Notes: generated by a model from the sequence alone, not told the origin. 62,995 bases of DNA from Phycisphaerales bacterium (GCA_027451365.1 DAIDJN010000030.1:1-62995); one strand, 5' to 3'. Counted from the stretch's first letter, positions 49,504 through 59,739 are shown. A program made the numbers and translations.

Positions 49504-50388
49504 ATGCTCAAACCCTCCGCTGATATTCTGCGTCTGGGCATTCCCAAAGGTTCCCTGGAATCCGCCACAATTGATCTGTTTGCCAAAGCGGGATGGCGCA
49601 TCAGTGTCAACGATCGCAGCTATTTTCCCGCCATTGACGATCCAGCAATAGAGGTCGTTCTATTCCGCGCCCAGGAAATGTCCCGTTATGTGGAAGAAAA
49701 TGTGGTGGATGTCGGCCTGACCGGCTCGGACTGGATTCGCGAAAACGGTTCGGACGTGCATGAAGTTGCCGAATTGGTTTATTCCAAAGCCACCAGCAAA
49801 CCGGCCCGCTGGGTTCTGGCCGTGCCGCAGGAATCGGCCGTCACCCGGCCGGAGGAACTTAAAAACGGTGTCGTTGCCACCGAACTCGTTCAGGTGACGC
49901 GGGACTATTTTAAGGCTCGCAATATTCCGGTCAAAGTGGAATTCAGTTGGGGGGCCACCGAGGTGAAGGCCCGCTTGCTGGATGCGATTGTGGACATTAC
50001 GGAAACTGGTTCTTCCATTCGCGCCAATAATTTGCGCATCATTGATACGCTTCTTACCAGCACCACCCGCCTGATAGCCAATCATTCCGCCTGGAAAGAT
50101 GCCCGCAAGCGCGAGAAAATTGAAAATATCGCCCTGCTGCTTCAGGGGGCCATCAATGCGCGTGAAAAGGTTGGCCTTAAACTTAATGCGCCACGTGAAA
50201 AGCTGGATGCCGTGCTGGCTATTCTGCCGGCGGAAAAATCTCCCACCATTTCCTCTCTGGCCGACGGAGCATGGGTTGCCGTGGAAGTGATTGTGGAAGA
50301 AAAGCTTGAACGCGAACTTGTGCCACGGTTGAAACGCGCCGGTGCCACCGGGCTCATCAGCTATCCGTTAAACAAGGTGATCGCATGA
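49504..50388 (+). CDS. hisG: ATP phosphoribosyltransferase (long form)
   Basis: LGIPKGSL, RAQEM, DVGLTG.D, WGATE, DITETGSSIRAN, SPTIS. Confidence 0.96.
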   Translation: MLKPSADILRLGIPKGSLESATIDLFAKAGWRISVNDRSYFPAIDDPAIEVVLFRAQEMSRYVEENVVDVGLTGSDWIRENGSDVHEVAELVYSKATSKPARWVLAVPQESAVTRPEELKNGVVATELVQVTRDYFKARNIPVKVEFSWGATEVKARLLDAIVDITETGSSIRANNLRIIDTLLTSTTRLIANHSAWKDARKREKIENIALLLQGAINAREKVGLKLNAPREKLDAVLAILPAEKSPTISSLADGAWVAVEVIVEEKLERELVPRLKRAGATGLISYPLNKVIA

Positions 50389-50588
50389 ACCTGCTGCCGA
50401 TTGTCCTGACTGCGGCGCTTTCCTCGCGCCAATGGCGAGAATTCATGGTGCCGGACCATCCGGGATGGGCAAAAAATGTGCTGCTGATCATCATCTGGAT
50501 GTTTGTGGCGGCCGTGCTGATTGGTCCGCTTTATCGCTATTTCCGCAGCCGCCGACGATCCGCGTCCGGTCGGTCTGGTGCCTGGTAA
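50385..50588 (+). CDS. Small membrane protein
   Basis: ATGA-coupled to hisG; TM VLLIIIWMFVAAVLIGP followed by a basic tail. Confidence 0.6.
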   Translation: MNLLPIVLTAALSSRQWREFMVPDHPGWAKNVLLIIIWMFVAAVLIGPLYRYFRSRRRSASGRSGAW

Positions 50589-50685
50589 ATTGGCCTGGTG
50601 TCCGCCGGTAGGCGGCAAGGCGCAAGGCAGTGTGCCGATTGGCCCAATCGCCGACCGCTAAGGGAAGATTTTGAAAGGAATATGT

Positions 50686-51186
50686 ATGGCATCCGATCCA
50701 TCGTTTGATATTGTCAATGACATCAATTTTCCGGAATTGGATAATGCCCTGATGCAGGCAAAAAAAGAAATGGCCACGCGCTTTGACTTCCGCGGCACAT
50801 CCGCGGGTATTGGCGATCTGGACAAAAAGGAAAAAATCCTGGCCATCACCGCGGATAACGAACCCCAGCTTGAAGCGGTCCTGCAGGTGCTGGTTTCAAA
50901 AATGACCAAACGCGGCGTGGACCCCCGCTGCCTGGACCGCCAGAAAATTGAGGCCGCGACGCATTCAACCCTGCGGCAGAAGATCAAACTTAAAAGCGGC
51001 ATCGACCGCCAGACCGCCAAGGATCTGCAAAAGCGCATCAAAGACCTTGGCTTAAAGGTGAATCCGTCCATTCAGGGCGACACGCTCCGCGTCAGTGCGC
51101 CAAAAAAAGATGACTTGCAGGCCGTGATGGCCGACTTGCGCGCCAGGCCGCCGGAAATTCCCGTGCAGTTCACCAATTATCGTTGA
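50686..51186 (+). CDS. yajQ: YajQ-family nucleotide-binding protein
   Basis: PSFDIV, TRFDFRG, IQGDTLRV, KKDDLQ, QFTNYR. Confidence 0.95.
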   Translation: MASDPSFDIVNDINFPELDNALMQAKKEMATRFDFRGTSAGIGDLDKKEKILAITADNEPQLEAVLQVLVSKMTKRGVDPRCLDRQKIEAATHSTLRQKIKLKSGIDRQTAKDLQKRIKDLGLKVNPSIQGDTLRVSAPKKDDLQAVMADLRARPPEIPVQFTNYR

Positions 51187-51200
51187 AATATAAAACCCGT

Positions 51201-53132
51201 TCACAAACGGCTGATCAGCAGTTCCCGGATGAAAATAATCTCTTTGGGTAAGTCCCCGGCCAGCTTCAGAAAAAGTTCTTCCTCGGAAAGAATCTCGGCC
51301 TTGAACGCTTCCACATCAATTTTCTGCGCTGCCTCAATATCCTTTGGACGGAGTGCCAAACCGTTGAGATTGATGTCCGTGGGGCGCGGCATCCAGCCCA
51401 GCACCGTTTCCATCGCGTAGGCCCGTCCGTGGCAGCGGTTGATGATCCATTCAAGAATCCGGATGTTTTCACCGAAGCCGGGCCAAAGAAATTCGCCGTG
51501 CTCATTTTTACGGAACCAATTGACATGAAAAATGCGCGGGCAATCACTCATTTTGGCGCGCATGCGAAACCAGTGCAGAAAATAATCGCGAATGTTGTAA
51601 CCAATAAATGGAAGCATGGCCATGGGATCTCGCCGCACCACGCCCACCTTCCCGCTGGCGGCGGCGGTTGTTTCACTGCCCAGCGTTGCGCCCACATATA
51701 CACCGTGCATCCAGTTAAAGGCCTGATACACAAGTGGAATCACGCTCGAACGCCGGCCCCCGAAAATGATCGCACTGATTTCCACTCCGGCCGGGTCATC
51801 GGCCGCGGGGTCCAGCGCCGGATTGTTCCGCATGGGTGCGGTAAAACGGCTGTTCGGGTGGGCGGCCTTGCGCCCGCTTGCCGGCGTCCAGGGCTGGCCG
51901 AGCCAGTCGGTACAGTGCGGCGGCGGTTCGGGTGTCTTGCCCTCCCACCAGACGTCGCCATCCGGTAGCAGCGCGACATTCGTGTAAATGGTATCGCGGG
52001 CCATGGTCGCCATGGCATTGGGGTTGGTGGTCTGGTTCGTGCCCGGCAACACGCCAAAATAGCCCGCCTCCGGATTAATGGCTCGCAGCCGACCGGTGGC
52101 TTCATCCACCCACATCCAGGCAATATCATCGCCAACGGTGGAAACGCGCCAGCCCGCCTGTTTGTAATTTTCCGGAGGAATCAGCATGGCAAAATTGGTT
52201 TTCCCGCACGCGCTGGGAAATGCCGCCGCCACGTAGGTCTTTTCGTCGCCCACTTGCACACCACTTATCAGCATGTGTTCGGCCATCCAGCCATGGGCGA
52301 ATCCCTGAAAGCTGGCAATTCTAAGCGCCATGCACTTTTTACCCAGCAGCGCGTTGCCACCGTAGCCGGAACCGAAACTCCATATTGTATTATCCAGCGG
52401 AAAATGACAGATGTATCGCTTATCCGGGTCGCATTGGCCCACGCTGTGGAGACATCGCGTGAATTCGTCGCTTGTGCCCAGCATAGTCCACGCCGCTTCA
52501 CCCATTCGCGTCATAATGCCCATGCTGGCCGCCACATACAGGCTGTCAGTCAGTTGAATGCCCACCCGCGCCAGCGGCGAACCGATCGGCCCCATGATGA
52601 AAGGTATCACATACAGCGTGCGCCCGCTCATGCAGCCGTCAAACAGCAAACGCAGCTTTTCGTACGCATCGCGACTCTGCATCCAGTTGTTGGTCGGGCC
52701 GGCCATATCGCGCGCCGCCGTGCAGATGTAGGTGTTATGTTCCGTGCGGGCCACATCGTTGGGGTTGGACCGGTGCAGATAGCAGCCGGGCAATAAAGTC
52801 TGGTTCAGCCGAACGAAAACGCCCTCCGCGACTCCTTGCTCCAGCAGTTGGGACCTTTCGGCCGCCGAACCGCACAGCAATACCACACGGTCGGGCTTGC
52901 ACAGTGCGGCGCATCGCTGAATCCATTCGGCGGCATGCGCATTCATTCCCGCATAACGGGAATTTGCCGAGTCCGCCGGTCGGCTTTTGTGTGCGGCTTC
53001 ATCCTGCTGACGCTGCCACATTTTTCCCACAGGGTCACTGGCATCGGTGGATCGCATCATGATAAACCTTTCCGGGGTTACTGTTTTGTTTGCGTCCGCC
53101 GCCCGGTCCGAAAAATACCGAATCGTTTCCAT
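51201..53132 (-). CDS. pckG: Phosphoenolpyruvate carboxykinase (GTP)
   Basis: DVART, GSGYGGNALLGKKC, AEHM, FPSACGKTN, VGDDIAW, HPNSRF, RRDPMAM, VNWFRK. True start may be downstream (about 53060). Confidence 0.96.
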   Translation of the reverse strand: METIRYFSDRAADANKTVTPERFIMMRSTDASDPVGKMWQRQQDEAAHKSRPADSANSRYAGMNAHAAEWIQRCAALCKPDRVVLLCGSAAERSQLLEQGVAEGVFVRLNQTLLPGCYLHRSNPNDVARTEHNTYICTAARDMAGPTNNWMQSRDAYEKLRLLFDGCMSGRTLYVIPFIMGPIGSPLARVGIQLTDSLYVAASMGIMTRMGEAAWTMLGTSDEFTRCLHSVGQCDPDKRYICHFPLDNTIWSFGSGYGGNALLGKKCMALRIASFQGFAHGWMAEHMLISGVQVGDEKTYVAAAFPSACGKTNFAMLIPPENYKQAGWRVSTVGDDIAWMWVDEATGRLRAINPEAGYFGVLPGTNQTTNPNAMATMARDTIYTNVALLPDGDVWWEGKTPEPPPHCTDWLGQPWTPASGRKAAHPNSRFTAPMRNNPALDPAADDPAGVEISAIIFGGRRSSVIPLVYQAFNWMHGVYVGATLGSETTAAASGKVGVVRRDPMAMLPFIGYNIRDYFLHWFRMRAKMSDCPRIFHVNWFRKNEHGEFLWPGFGENIRILEWIINRCHGRAYAMETVLGWMPRPTDINLNGLALRPKDIEAAQKIDVEAFKAEILSEEELFLKLAGDLPKEIIFIRELLISRL

Positions 53133-53507
53133 TTTTCAGGATACCATTTTTTTTCGCATTCGGAAAGAGTCTGCCGCGACCCTCCCGAGGCGATTGCTCA
53201 GGTGCCGGCGGCGAAGACCCGAATCCAGTGGCGGAATTTTGTGCCCCACCGCGGATTCCCCGAAATAAGATGCTGAAGGACTGTGGTTTGGGTGTATTGC
53301 TCGTGTTTTTTTTGATTCCGCCAGGCGTGGTATGAATCAACTCAAACCGAGCCGGACGAATGGGTGCTATGCCCCTGTCCACTGCGCCGACGGGCTGATA
53401 TGACCATGGCGGCGGCAACATCCTGCCCGCCACGGGTATGCGGCCGGTCCGCATACTGAACAGATTGTTATCGTTTAAGTCAGTTTCGGCAATAGTGGCC
53501 CGGCGAG

Positions 53508-54413
53508 TTAATCTACGCTGCGCAGCGACATGCCGAATTCGCCTAGTTTTTTCTTTATTTCATCCAGACTCGTCTGTCCGAAATTTTTCACATCCAGCAG
53601 TTCCGCCTCGGTTCGGGCGGCAATATCACCCAGCGTCTGAATTTTCAGCAGTTCCAGGGCTTTGCTGGCACGGACCGAGAGTTCCAGTTCCGCCACAGAT
53701 TTGTTGAGAATCGCCGGCGGAACGGTAGCCGCGACCGCCTTGATGGCTTCGCGCCGCTGTGCCTGCAGGCTTTCTTCCGCGGCCTGACCCAGGCGAAGAC
53801 CCTTGCGCGTCAGGAGTTCTTTAATTTCATCAAGGCTGGTTTCGCCAAAATTCTTGTACGCCAGCAGTTCCGGTTCGGAAATCTTCAGCAGGTCGCCCAG
53901 ATTGCGAATATTCATTTTCTTCAGGCAGTTGCGGGCGCGAACGGAAAGTTCAAAGTCGGTAATCGGCTGTTCCAGCAGCATGTTCCGCGGGACAAACCGC
54001 TTTTCAGATTCTTCAGCAATGACCATATCGAAGGATCCATCCACATGGCCGTAATACCGCCGCCCGATTTCATGGTTGGGCTTGATGGTCAGCAATCGGT
54101 GAAGTGTTTCCTCGGCTTCGTCGTAGCGGCCGGCATCTTCATACAGCACGCTAAGGTTCAGCAGAACGCCTTCGCGGGCCGGCTGTTTGTCGGCCAGAAT
54201 TTCATAAAGTTCGGTGGCCCGTTCATCGGACCCGCCCAAATCAAGATAATAAGCCAGTTTGAAAAGGACTTCCTCATTTTCAGGATCTGCGGCGTAGGCC
54301 TCTTCCAAAAGGTCCAGAGCGGCCTGCACGTCGCTGTTGGATGCGGCCTTCATCGCGCGTTCATAAAGGGCCTTGCCGGCGGAAATATCACGTTTAATTG
54401 CGGTTTCAACCAT
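53508..54413 (-). CDS. TPR protein with two RNA polymerase alpha-CTD-like domains
   Basis: N-terminal TPRs; two copies of ELSVRA...NFG(E/Q)TSLDEIK. Confidence 0.9.
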   Translation of the reverse strand: MVETAIKRDISAGKALYERAMKAASNSDVQAALDLLEEAYAADPENEEVLFKLAYYLDLGGSDERATELYEILADKQPAREGVLLNLSVLYEDAGRYDEAEETLHRLLTIKPNHEIGRRYYGHVDGSFDMVIAEESEKRFVPRNMLLEQPITDFELSVRARNCLKKMNIRNLGDLLKISEPELLAYKNFGETSLDEIKELLTRKGLRLGQAAEESLQAQRREAIKAVAATVPPAILNKSVAELELSVRASKALELLKIQTLGDIAARTEAELLDVKNFGQTSLDEIKKKLGEFGMSLRSVD

Positions 54414-54944
54414 AGTGTTGCGTCCTTACGTTGGGCGTTGGAAGCCGGGCCGCAGGTCACCAATGACCGGCGCGGGCGTTCATGTCTGGTCTGCATTCGG
54501 GGCGGCAGGGCCGCCTGCCGAATCAGAGGCAAGCCCTCTAATTTACCCGTTTTATGATATTTTTACAACTATAGGTGCTACTACTGCGCGCGGGTGAAAT
54601 GGCTGGTATCCCCGCCACGGTCGTCGCCGAGGAACGTCGCTGCATTTCCGGCAACCGCAACCCGCCGACGGGTATCCCATGAGCGGAGCCTTTCCGGGCC
54701 AACCCCTTCACATCAGGCAAATGCCGTTACGGCCAACCCGCCTTCTTGCAAATGTCGCGCGACCGGATACCAAGACGGGCGACGATTTTCACGCAACAAC
54801 CCGTCCGGTCGATTCACTACTGCCTCCCTGAGGCCTATGCCCGATCAACATATCAGAATTAACCCAGCCGGGAAATGCCCGCCGGAAGGCGTTGGTGGCA
54901 GGCTTCCCATTAACTGCGCTCCCTTTTCTCACACCTCCGGGATG

Positions 54945-55805
54945 TCAACGCTTTATTTCCAGCGTCTCGGTTTTGGACCGCCCGGCCAAGTATGCACGTA
55001 TCCCCTTAAAGACCGCCACAATGCGCGGGTTTAAACTCCCGTTGTTCGCGATCCTTTCTAATGCCGTCCCCGGCTCATTTAATCCCATTTTCACTCGGAT
55101 TTTTGCTCCATGCCTCAGCAGCACAAGTACAATCCGGGCCTTCGCATTGCTGGCGCGGGCCGCCGTAACCAGGGGTGTCTGTGTCGATGGCGTTGGGTTA
55201 GGTGCGTTCGGGTCCGCCCCATGATTGAGGAGCCATCGCACGGTATAGACTTGTCCGGAATGCGCCGCGTAGGAGAGGGGGGTCCAGCCTTCGCCATCCT
55301 TGGAATTTAGAATTCTGGGATCCCTAGCAGCGATGCCTCGGAGCAATTTGACGTTGCCGATTCCGGCGGCGACGAACACATCTAAAATAAATCCGCGAGT
55401 GCCCAGGAAGCGAACTAATTGTGGCCGCCGATTCCAGGCCGCCCACTGTATGAGGGACATCCCGGAAAAAGTTGTGCGAGCGTGGCGCAGAAGCAGAAGC
55501 TCAACAACGCCCTGCCGGCCCCTCTCCGCGGCCAAAAATATCGGCGGAACTCCCTCTGCATCCGCAATATCGCGGTTCAGAAGTCCCGGGTCTTCTTTCA
55601 GATAGCGATTAACTACGCCCGCATAGCCGTGCGCAACTGCATAAGAAAACGACATCGCATGGAGATAGACAAATACCGCAATCAATATTGACAATGAGGC
55701 GGACGCAAGAGCAACACAAAGCCCAATCAAGCGGCGATATCCCAGGCGAGACCATTTATCCGGAATAAATTTCGGCCGAGCAAACATAATAATATTTTGT
55801 TCCAT
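54945..55805 (-). CDS. Membrane-anchored ankyrin-repeat protein
   Basis: N-terminal TM; GVPPIFLAAERG, GWTPLSYAAHSG..LLNHGADPN, TPLVTAA. Confidence 0.88.
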   Translation of the reverse strand: MEQNIIMFARPKFIPDKWSRLGYRRLIGLCVALASASLSILIAVFVYLHAMSFSYAVAHGYAGVVNRYLKEDPGLLNRDIADAEGVPPIFLAAERGRQGVVELLLLRHARTTFSGMSLIQWAAWNRRPQLVRFLGTRGFILDVFVAAGIGNVKLLRGIAARDPRILNSKDGEGWTPLSYAAHSGQVYTVRWLLNHGADPNAPNPTPSTQTPLVTAARASNAKARIVLVLLRHGAKIRVKMGLNEPGTALERIANNGSLNPRIVAVFKGIRAYLAGRSKTETLEIKR

Positions 55806-55998
55806 TTCCCGATGCGTGAAATCTCATTTAACCTGTATCCTCGTGCCCGTAAATGGCAGCCCCGCTGTCGTTTCACTTGCATATCCGCATACAGGTGCGC
55901 CTGTTATTCCATGAATTGCCTTCAGGAAGCTTAGGCCGGCGGGGCAATGCTCCGGTTAGCTTCCGTTAGCCGCCGGCATGTTGCTGCCGCGCCCGGCC

Positions 55999-56808
55999 CT
56001 ACAACTTGTTGGCCACCCGCCGACGCAGGGCCAAGCCGCCGATCAGGGCTAATCCGCCAACCGCGGCTAAAAGGCCGGAGCCAGGGATGGGTGTGGCAGC
56101 CTCCAAGTTAAATGTGGCCGAAGACCCATCGCCCGTGGCGAACTGGAGACCATCGACGAGGCTCTTTAGCGTGGTGGCATTGGATGCCACAGTAAGGACG
56201 ATGTACTTTACAGTCTGGCTGTCATAATTTGCGCTAGACTCAACTTGCTGCAGCGTTTGGTAGTTTGCGGTTGAAAGAAACGTACTATTAACGGCCGTCA
56301 GGAACAACTGGTCGCTGCCGCTGCCAGTTGTCGCTTGGGTCCAATTGTTCGTTGCAGCAGAAGCTTGGTATGATCCACTAGAGGTCAAAAATGTGAGGCG
56401 GTCGTGGTACCAACTCGCGGCGTCGTTTGATCCCGTGGTATTCGTATAAATGTTAATATACCAGTCGCCCTGTACAGCATTAAGCTTGTCGGTCCAATAG
56501 CTGAGGCTGGTGAGATTGTTGCCGGTGCTGCCCAGTGTTACGGGATTAAAACCGAGGAAAGAGGGGCTGAGATAAAGCTCAAGTTTATTCCCATTTGTCT
56601 CCCAGGAACTGTTTCCATAGCCGGGCGCGTAGCTTCCGGTGTAGCCGGTGGGTGCCGCATCCCCGCTGCTAAGTGCCGCGTCGATGGGATACAGCGTCTG
56701 TGAAACCGTTACGCTCGCCGGTGCCGAGGCCACCCCCGCTGAAAGCAACCCTGCGCAAGCCACGGCCCCCGCTAAACCGATTCCGATTTTTCCGCTCTTA
56801 CTGCTCAC
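55999..56808 (-). CDS. Surface protein with PEP-CTERM-like variant tail
   Basis: GTG start after AGGAG; signal peptide; Ser/Thr-rich body; TPIPGSGLLAAVGGLALIGGLALRRR tail. Confidence 0.8.
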   Translation of the reverse strand: MSSKSGKIGIGLAGAVACAGLLSAGVASAPASVTVSQTLYPIDAALSSGDAAPTGYTGSYAPGYGNSSWETNGNKLELYLSPSFLGFNPVTLGSTGNNLTSLSYWTDKLNAVQGDWYINIYTNTTGSNDAASWYHDRLTFLTSSGSYQASAATNNWTQATTGSGSDQLFLTAVNSTFLSTANYQTLQQVESSANYDSQTVKYIVLTVASNATTLKSLVDGLQFATGDGSSATFNLEAATPIPGSGLLAAVGGLALIGGLALRRRVANKL

Positions 56809-57320
56809 GGTAGTCTCCTCGTAGTTCCGGGCATGGCCAATGCGGCGTGTGAAATCATCAGCCGCGATGTCTGCCCAACAAACCAAACGAAATTCCTGAA
56901 CCGGCCGGTTGGAACAATCCACCGGGAAATGCGGCCGGAAATCCGCTGTTGTCTTTTCAAATAACGCATCATCGCCCAAGCTTGGTACCCGGCGAAAATA
57001 CGTTTCCCTGAATCCGCACCATAATGGGGCCGATTATCTGAAAATGTCACTACAGCATTAAGTTAAAGTGACTCTCCCCGCCACTCCGTTGACCTATAAA
57101 TCTGTGTATATCCGATTCGCGTGCCTGTCAAGTCTTTTTGAATATTTTCTTTAATATTTATTTAATATTTTTTAAGCCTATTATTTACAAGAACTTACAA
57201 GCGCCGCCGCGGACGGGAAAAACTACTATTTGCGGCTGCTGTGACCCCGCCGGACACCAGACGCCGCAAATTGCGGCGTTTTCAAAGCGGCTCTTCATTG
57301 CTCATCGCAGCGCAGAAATT

Positions 57321-57694
57321 TCAGTCATTACGCAATACCGCAATCCCCTTCGCGCGTCGGCAGGAAGAAGAAGCCACGGATTTTTCCGCGGTGGCAATCC
57401 GCATCTGCACAGCTTTCTCATACGTTTTTCGCTGGAATTCCCCAAGCGCCTCGCGGCATGCTTCCTCTGACCCGTTGATTAAGTGCCCATCAGGAGCGGC
57501 GTTCGCCGCCTCGGCAACGGCCTTCATCGTGGCAGCAAACTCTACCTGCATCTGCTTAATAAACTCTTCTTTGTCGATTTTTGCGAGCCGATCCATGGCT
57601 TCTCCTTTGCTTATCCATAAACTTCCGCCCAATGAGCGTTCATTGGGCCGCTAATCACCTGTTTTACCCAGTGCCAGGAAAGTTGGCAGACCCC
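57321..57694 (-). mobile_element. Truncated IS remnant (ISKra4-like N-terminal ORF plus candidate left end)
   Basis: AVAEAANAAPDGHLINGSEEACREALGEFQRKTYEKAVQMRI resembles ISKra4-type orfA; GGGGTCTGCCAACTTT end upstream; no DDE domain follows. Confidence 0.55.
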
Positions 57695-57824
57695 TATAAT
57701 AGTTTACGCCAGATGTTGTTGGCGGGAGGTTCAGAAGAGTTCGCTATGCCGGGATGCAACGGGGCCCGCCATGCCGTTGCTCAGCTCCGCATCACTCGCA
57801 AAATGTCGTCCCCGCCCCATTACT

Positions 57825-58946
57825 TCATTTTGAAGCGAACCACTTCTTTACTCTGACATCGGCGCGTCTAATTTGCTCATCCGTAAGACTTTTCGAAACC
57901 CTTTTTTTTCCGTCCTCCGCGAGAATCCGTGATTCGCTCTGCGCCGGGGCCGTTCGGCGGGCAATTTCAAACCATTCGCTTGCTTTCGTCATGTCACCGG
58001 CCTTCTCATACATTTTGGCAAGGTTCAAATCTGCCATTAGGTATTTTTGTCCGGCAGCCGCTTTGTACCATCTCGCGGCACGAAGAATGTCTCGCTCTAC
58101 GGCGTAACCATGTTCGTACATCACGCCCAGATTCGATTCGGCAGGGGCGTATCCCGCATGCGCCGCAACTCGAAACTCTTTGAGGGCGAGCCCACGATCC
58201 TGGGCAACTCCCATCCCATTCAGATATAACACGCCCAGATCGTTGATTCCCTCCGCACTATTTTGGATGGCGGCTTTTTTTGCCCAATAAGCGGCCATCG
58301 CATAGTTTTTTGGAAGGCTATTGCCCGATATATAACCACCGGCCAGGTACGCCTGCGCCGCAGACCACCCGCCCTTCGCCGCTCGCCTGACCCAAATTAT
58401 ACCCCTCGCTGCGTCAGGTTTGACGCCACGGCCGCGGATCAGGGTAATTCCAAGGTCATACTCGGCGTCCGATTGACCGTCCGCGGCGGCCCTTTCGAAA
58501 AGGCGATAGGCTTTGGCATAATCTCTTTTCACGCCAATGCCCTCTGAATACATGGCACCAAGATTACATTCACCCGCTGCGTTGCCCTGATTTGCGGAAC
58601 GCTGACTCCAAAAGAGCGCCTTTCCATAATCGCGTGTTACGCCCCGGCCAGCCAAATAAAGACTGCCGATTCCAGCCTCAGCTTCCGCCTGCCCTTTGTG
58701 GGCTGCAATTAGAAACCATTTGGCCGCCAGCCTGTAATTCTGATGCACGAGTGTTCCGCCTGCGTAATCGCATGCTAAAGCCGTTTCGGCTGCCGGGTTC
58801 CCATCCTCGGCCGCCTCTTGTAATTGATTAATATTCATCGGGCGGCCGCGGGTCTTAAAAAAACTGTGAATCCGCCGAAATTCTATAACTACCAAACACG
58901 CGACCAGTATCGTCATGACAATTTTTATGACCTTTCGTCTAGGCAT
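57825..58946 (-). CDS. Sel1-repeat protein with N-terminal anchor (candidate immunity protein)
   Basis: Multiple A..NLG.MY..G.GV..D...A..W...AA units; AGGAG RBS; directly downstream of the orphan RHS tip. Confidence 0.9.
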   Translation of the reverse strand: MPRRKVIKIVMTILVACLVVIEFRRIHSFFKTRGRPMNINQLQEAAEDGNPAAETALACDYAGGTLVHQNYRLAAKWFLIAAHKGQAEAEAGIGSLYLAGRGVTRDYGKALFWSQRSANQGNAAGECNLGAMYSEGIGVKRDYAKAYRLFERAAADGQSDAEYDLGITLIRGRGVKPDAARGIIWVRRAAKGGWSAAQAYLAGGYISGNSLPKNYAMAAYWAKKAAIQNSAEGINDLGVLYLNGMGVAQDRGLALKEFRVAAHAGYAPAESNLGVMYEHGYAVERDILRAARWYKAAAGQKYLMADLNLAKMYEKAGDMTKASEWFEIARRTAPAQSESRILAEDGKKRVSKSLTDEQIRRADVRVKKWFASK

Positions 58947-59065
58947 AGACGCTCCTTAATCTAGCCGGACAGGACTGTGCGGTTTTTAAGTGTCCGACTG
59001 TGTTGCCGGGGCGGATGTAATCTCGAAAGACCGTAAAACCTTTTTACGAAGGACGGCACCAGACG

Positions 59066-59739
59066 TCAGGGAGGAACTACCTGTAAATTTCCATTCACAT
59101 CCGTGACATACCCGGGAGGATTCTTTGCTATCGCCCGGCATTCCATTGGCAGATTGAGGCCCACGGTCACATATAAACCCTTCGCTTCCGTGGGAATTAA
59201 GAACGTAAGCGTCCCGGATTGATTAAGCCCCGCCGGACCCGCAACTGTCCCCGCCGTGGGCGTAATCCGGCCAGATTGAAAATGATATGCCATGCCGCCG
59301 CTGATTGGCCCATTCGAGTAGGATATTGATCCAGTTAATCCGCTCCCCGCCCCGGCGCTAATCGCTGCCTTGCATGGCCCCACCTTCGCACACAATCCAG
59401 CACTCACCGGCGACTGAACGAACAATTTTCTGAAAAAGTTGTTAATCGAGTGGAGCGCTTCAAGTTCGACGGCGCGTTCTATGGCCGCAGGGGAATATCC
59501 ATTGTACCCAATGGCTGTGTCGGATGGGACGCCGAAGCCGTACGGGTCCTTCCCCTTCGGATCGGTGGCCGCCACCGGGTGATCTCCCGCATACTCATAC
59601 AAATTAATCCCGCCGTCATATCCAATCGGATCACGCTGAATCCAACGGCCAAGAACGGGGTTATAATTCCGATTGCGGACGTAATAAAGCTGCGATTCAG
59701 AATCAAATCGGTAGCCGCAATAGATAATTTCGTTGGCAC
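59066..59739 (-). pseudogene. Orphan RHS core + toxin-tip cassette
   Basis: ANEIIYCGYRFD.ESQLYYVRNR.YNPVLGRWIQRDPIG..GGINLY.Y...PVAATDPKG followed by a 161-aa unique tip; no convincing start. Confidence 0.85.
59586..59739. repeat. 154-bp direct repeat, copy 1 (RHS core)
   Basis: Near-identical to 61904-62057 by eye. Confidence 0.9.

Noticed and set aside
54414..54944. tRNA or integration site at the accessory-region boundary
   Set aside because: No cloverleaf, T-loop or integrase recognisable.
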